Positions 62,868-64,000 of a stretch of 64,000 bases of DNA are shown one piece after another. The translations under genes and the position numbers were made by a program. Each line of letters begins with the position of its first letter. Within the stretch, counting starts at the first letter, position 1. The notes beneath the pieces are model-generated. The model worked only from the letters and a program-made list of their open reading frames with translations, was not told the origin of the DNA and did no database searches. The DNA comes from an uncultured bacterium (GTDB taxonomy: Bacteria; Eisenbacteria; RBG-16-71-46; JAFGJU01). Location of the stretch: contig CAZMZP010000077.1 of assembly GCA_964570935.1 (NCBI GenBank), positions 12,893 through 76,892 on the forward strand, given 5' to 3'.

Positions 62868-63779
62868 ATGGCAGACGACAGACCGGACAAGGAACAGATC
62901 GGCGGCCCAAGAAAGGGCGTCATAGACGTTCTGAATTCCATCGACAGGCGGATAATATTCCTGTTGATAGCGCTCGCTGTCATACTGCCGATGGTCTTCC
63001 ATCTTGTGTTCACGGTCCGCAGCTCCCCCATCGTGGAGGCCATCTTCGACAAGGTCGAGGCCCTGCCGCCGGGCTCGAAGGTGCTAATCAGCTTCGATTA
63101 CGCGCCCAGCACGGTGCCCGAGAACCAGCCCATGGCCGAGGCGGTGTGCAGGCACGCTCTGGTCAAGGATCTTAAAGTGTACATGATGGCCGTGTGGGCA
63201 ACAGGGCCGCCCCAGGCTGTTGCCCTGGCCACCAACGTCATACAGCGCGACTTCCCGGAGAAGGTCTACGGCAAGGACTGGATAAACCTGGGCTACAAGG
63301 CCGGAAACCAGGGGCTCATCAACGCAATCCTGCTGGACCTCAAGGGCATGTACACGACCGACGTCCACGGCGACCCCATAGACGGGTTCGAGATGATGAA
63401 GGACGTCCAGAACCTGACTGACATGTCGCTCATAGTCTGCATCGGAAGCGGGTTCCCGGGCGTAAGGGAGTGGGTGCAGTTCGCCGGCGACCCCGGCCGC
63501 ATACCTGTCGCGGGCGGCGTTACCGCGGTAGAGGCGCCGCTTCTGTATCCGTACTACCCCAGGCAGCTTCTGGGCCTCATGGGCGGGCTTCAGGGAGCGG
63601 CCGAGTACGAGTCCGCGTTAGTCGAGAAATACCCGCAGTACAAGGAGCACGCCGAGCAGGCGGTCAAACTGATGGGACCGCAGACCGTGGCGCACCTTGT
63701 CATAATCGCGTTTGTGATAATCGGGAACATCGCTTTCTTCGGTGAGAGAAGACGGCAGAACCGCGCGAAGAAGGCGTAA
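62868..63779 (+). CDS. Membrane-anchored protein, unknown function
   Basis: N-terminal TM IIFLLIALAVILPMVFHLVF. Large soluble domain. C-terminal TM VAHLVIIAFVIIGNIAFF, then RRRQNRAKKA. Confidence 0.5.
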   Translation: MADDRPDKEQIGGPRKGVIDVLNSIDRRIIFLLIALAVILPMVFHLVFTVRSSPIVEAIFDKVEALPPGSKVLISFDYAPSTVPENQPMAEAVCRHALVKDLKVYMMAVWATGPPQAVALATNVIQRDFPEKVYGKDWINLGYKAGNQGLINAILLDLKGMYTTDVHGDPIDGFEMMKDVQNLTDMSLIVCIGSGFPGVREWVQFAGDPGRIPVAGGVTAVEAPLLYPYYPRQLLGLMGGLQGAAEYESALVEKYPQYKEHAEQAVKLMGPQTVAHLVIIAFVIIGNIAFFGERRRQNRAKKA

Positions 63780-63791
63780 CGAGGAAGTCTG

Positions 63792-64000
63792 ATGGTGCAC
63801 ACATTCGAGCTTTGGATAGGTGCCCTGCTCACGCTGATGATATTCAGCTTCCTCTACAGGGATAACCCGTTTTACAAGTTCGCCGAGCACCTCTTCGTGG
63901 GAGTGTCCGCGGCCTACTGGATGGTAATAGGCATCTGGTCGACGCTGATGCCCAACCTGGTCGGCCGCATCGCGCCCAACGCACTCCAGGGCGTCATCAA
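63792..64000 (+). CDS. Membrane protein, 3'-truncated by the window end
   Basis: RBS GAGGAAG then ATG 63792. MVHTFELWIGALLTLMIFSFLYRDNPFYKFAEHLFVGVSAAYWMVIGIWSTLMPNLVG... Continues past the window. Confidence 0.4.
   Translation, partial: MVHTFELWIGALLTLMIFSFLYRDNPFYKFAEHLFVGVSAAYWMVIGIWSTLMPNLVGRIAPNALQGVI

Noticed and set aside
1-64000. tRNA, rRNA or other structured RNA genes
   Set aside because: No stretch shows tRNA T-loop (GGTTCRANYCC) or anticodon-arm signatures. Intergenic regions are short and explained by promoters and terminators. The only ncRNA-like candidates are the leader hairpins reported as findings.

Overview
High-GC (about 65-70%) bacterial contig, probably a metagenome-assembled genome from the Fibrobacteres-Chlorobi-Bacteroidetes (FCB) superphylum. 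At least seven secreted proteins end in a type IX secretion system C-terminal sorting domain (T9SS CTD; NPFNP ... K[LV]V[ML]L[KR] at the C-terminus). The window is an accessory, cell-surface and glycan region with three main parts. (1) A 7-gene minus-strand polysaccharide biosynthesis and modification operon (18488->9297): radical SAM/SPASM enzyme, two GNAT/FemAB-like acyltransferases, a NodB-deacetylase/GT4 fusion, GT4, GT2 and an O-antigen-ligase-like protein. Related glycan genes lie nearby: Wzx flippase, Wza exporter, GT39, GT9, two tandem CapK-like adenylating enzymes and an amidohydrolase. (2) Many secreted hydrolases with a T9SS CTD: an MBL-fold enzyme, an M6 metalloprotease, an HExxH zinc protease, a dockerin-repeat protein, a CarbopepD-like protein and a parallel beta-helix protein. 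(3) A small module holding a non-pyrrolysine MttB-superfamily methyltransferase next to a standalone MetH-type reactivation (Met_synt_B12) domain protein and a thioredoxin/outer-membrane beta-barrel fusion. Other genes present: ptsN, an HD-GYP phosphodiesterase, a HEAT-repeat protein, a DRG/TGS-type GTPase, and an ECF sigma/anti-sigma envelope-stress module. Notable structures are a tandem triplication of parallel beta-helix genes (first copy carries an in-frame TGA), a 270-aa C-terminal cargo module shared between two unrelated enzymes, a degenerate 27/43-bp tandem-repeat array abutting an extended -10 promoter, and several canonical sigma70-like promoters followed immediately by 5'-proximal hairpins. 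I found no tRNA, rRNA or CRISPR. Many long ORFs on the opposite strand of real genes are GC-driven artefacts. All functional calls come from motif recognition in the translations; no database searches were possible.
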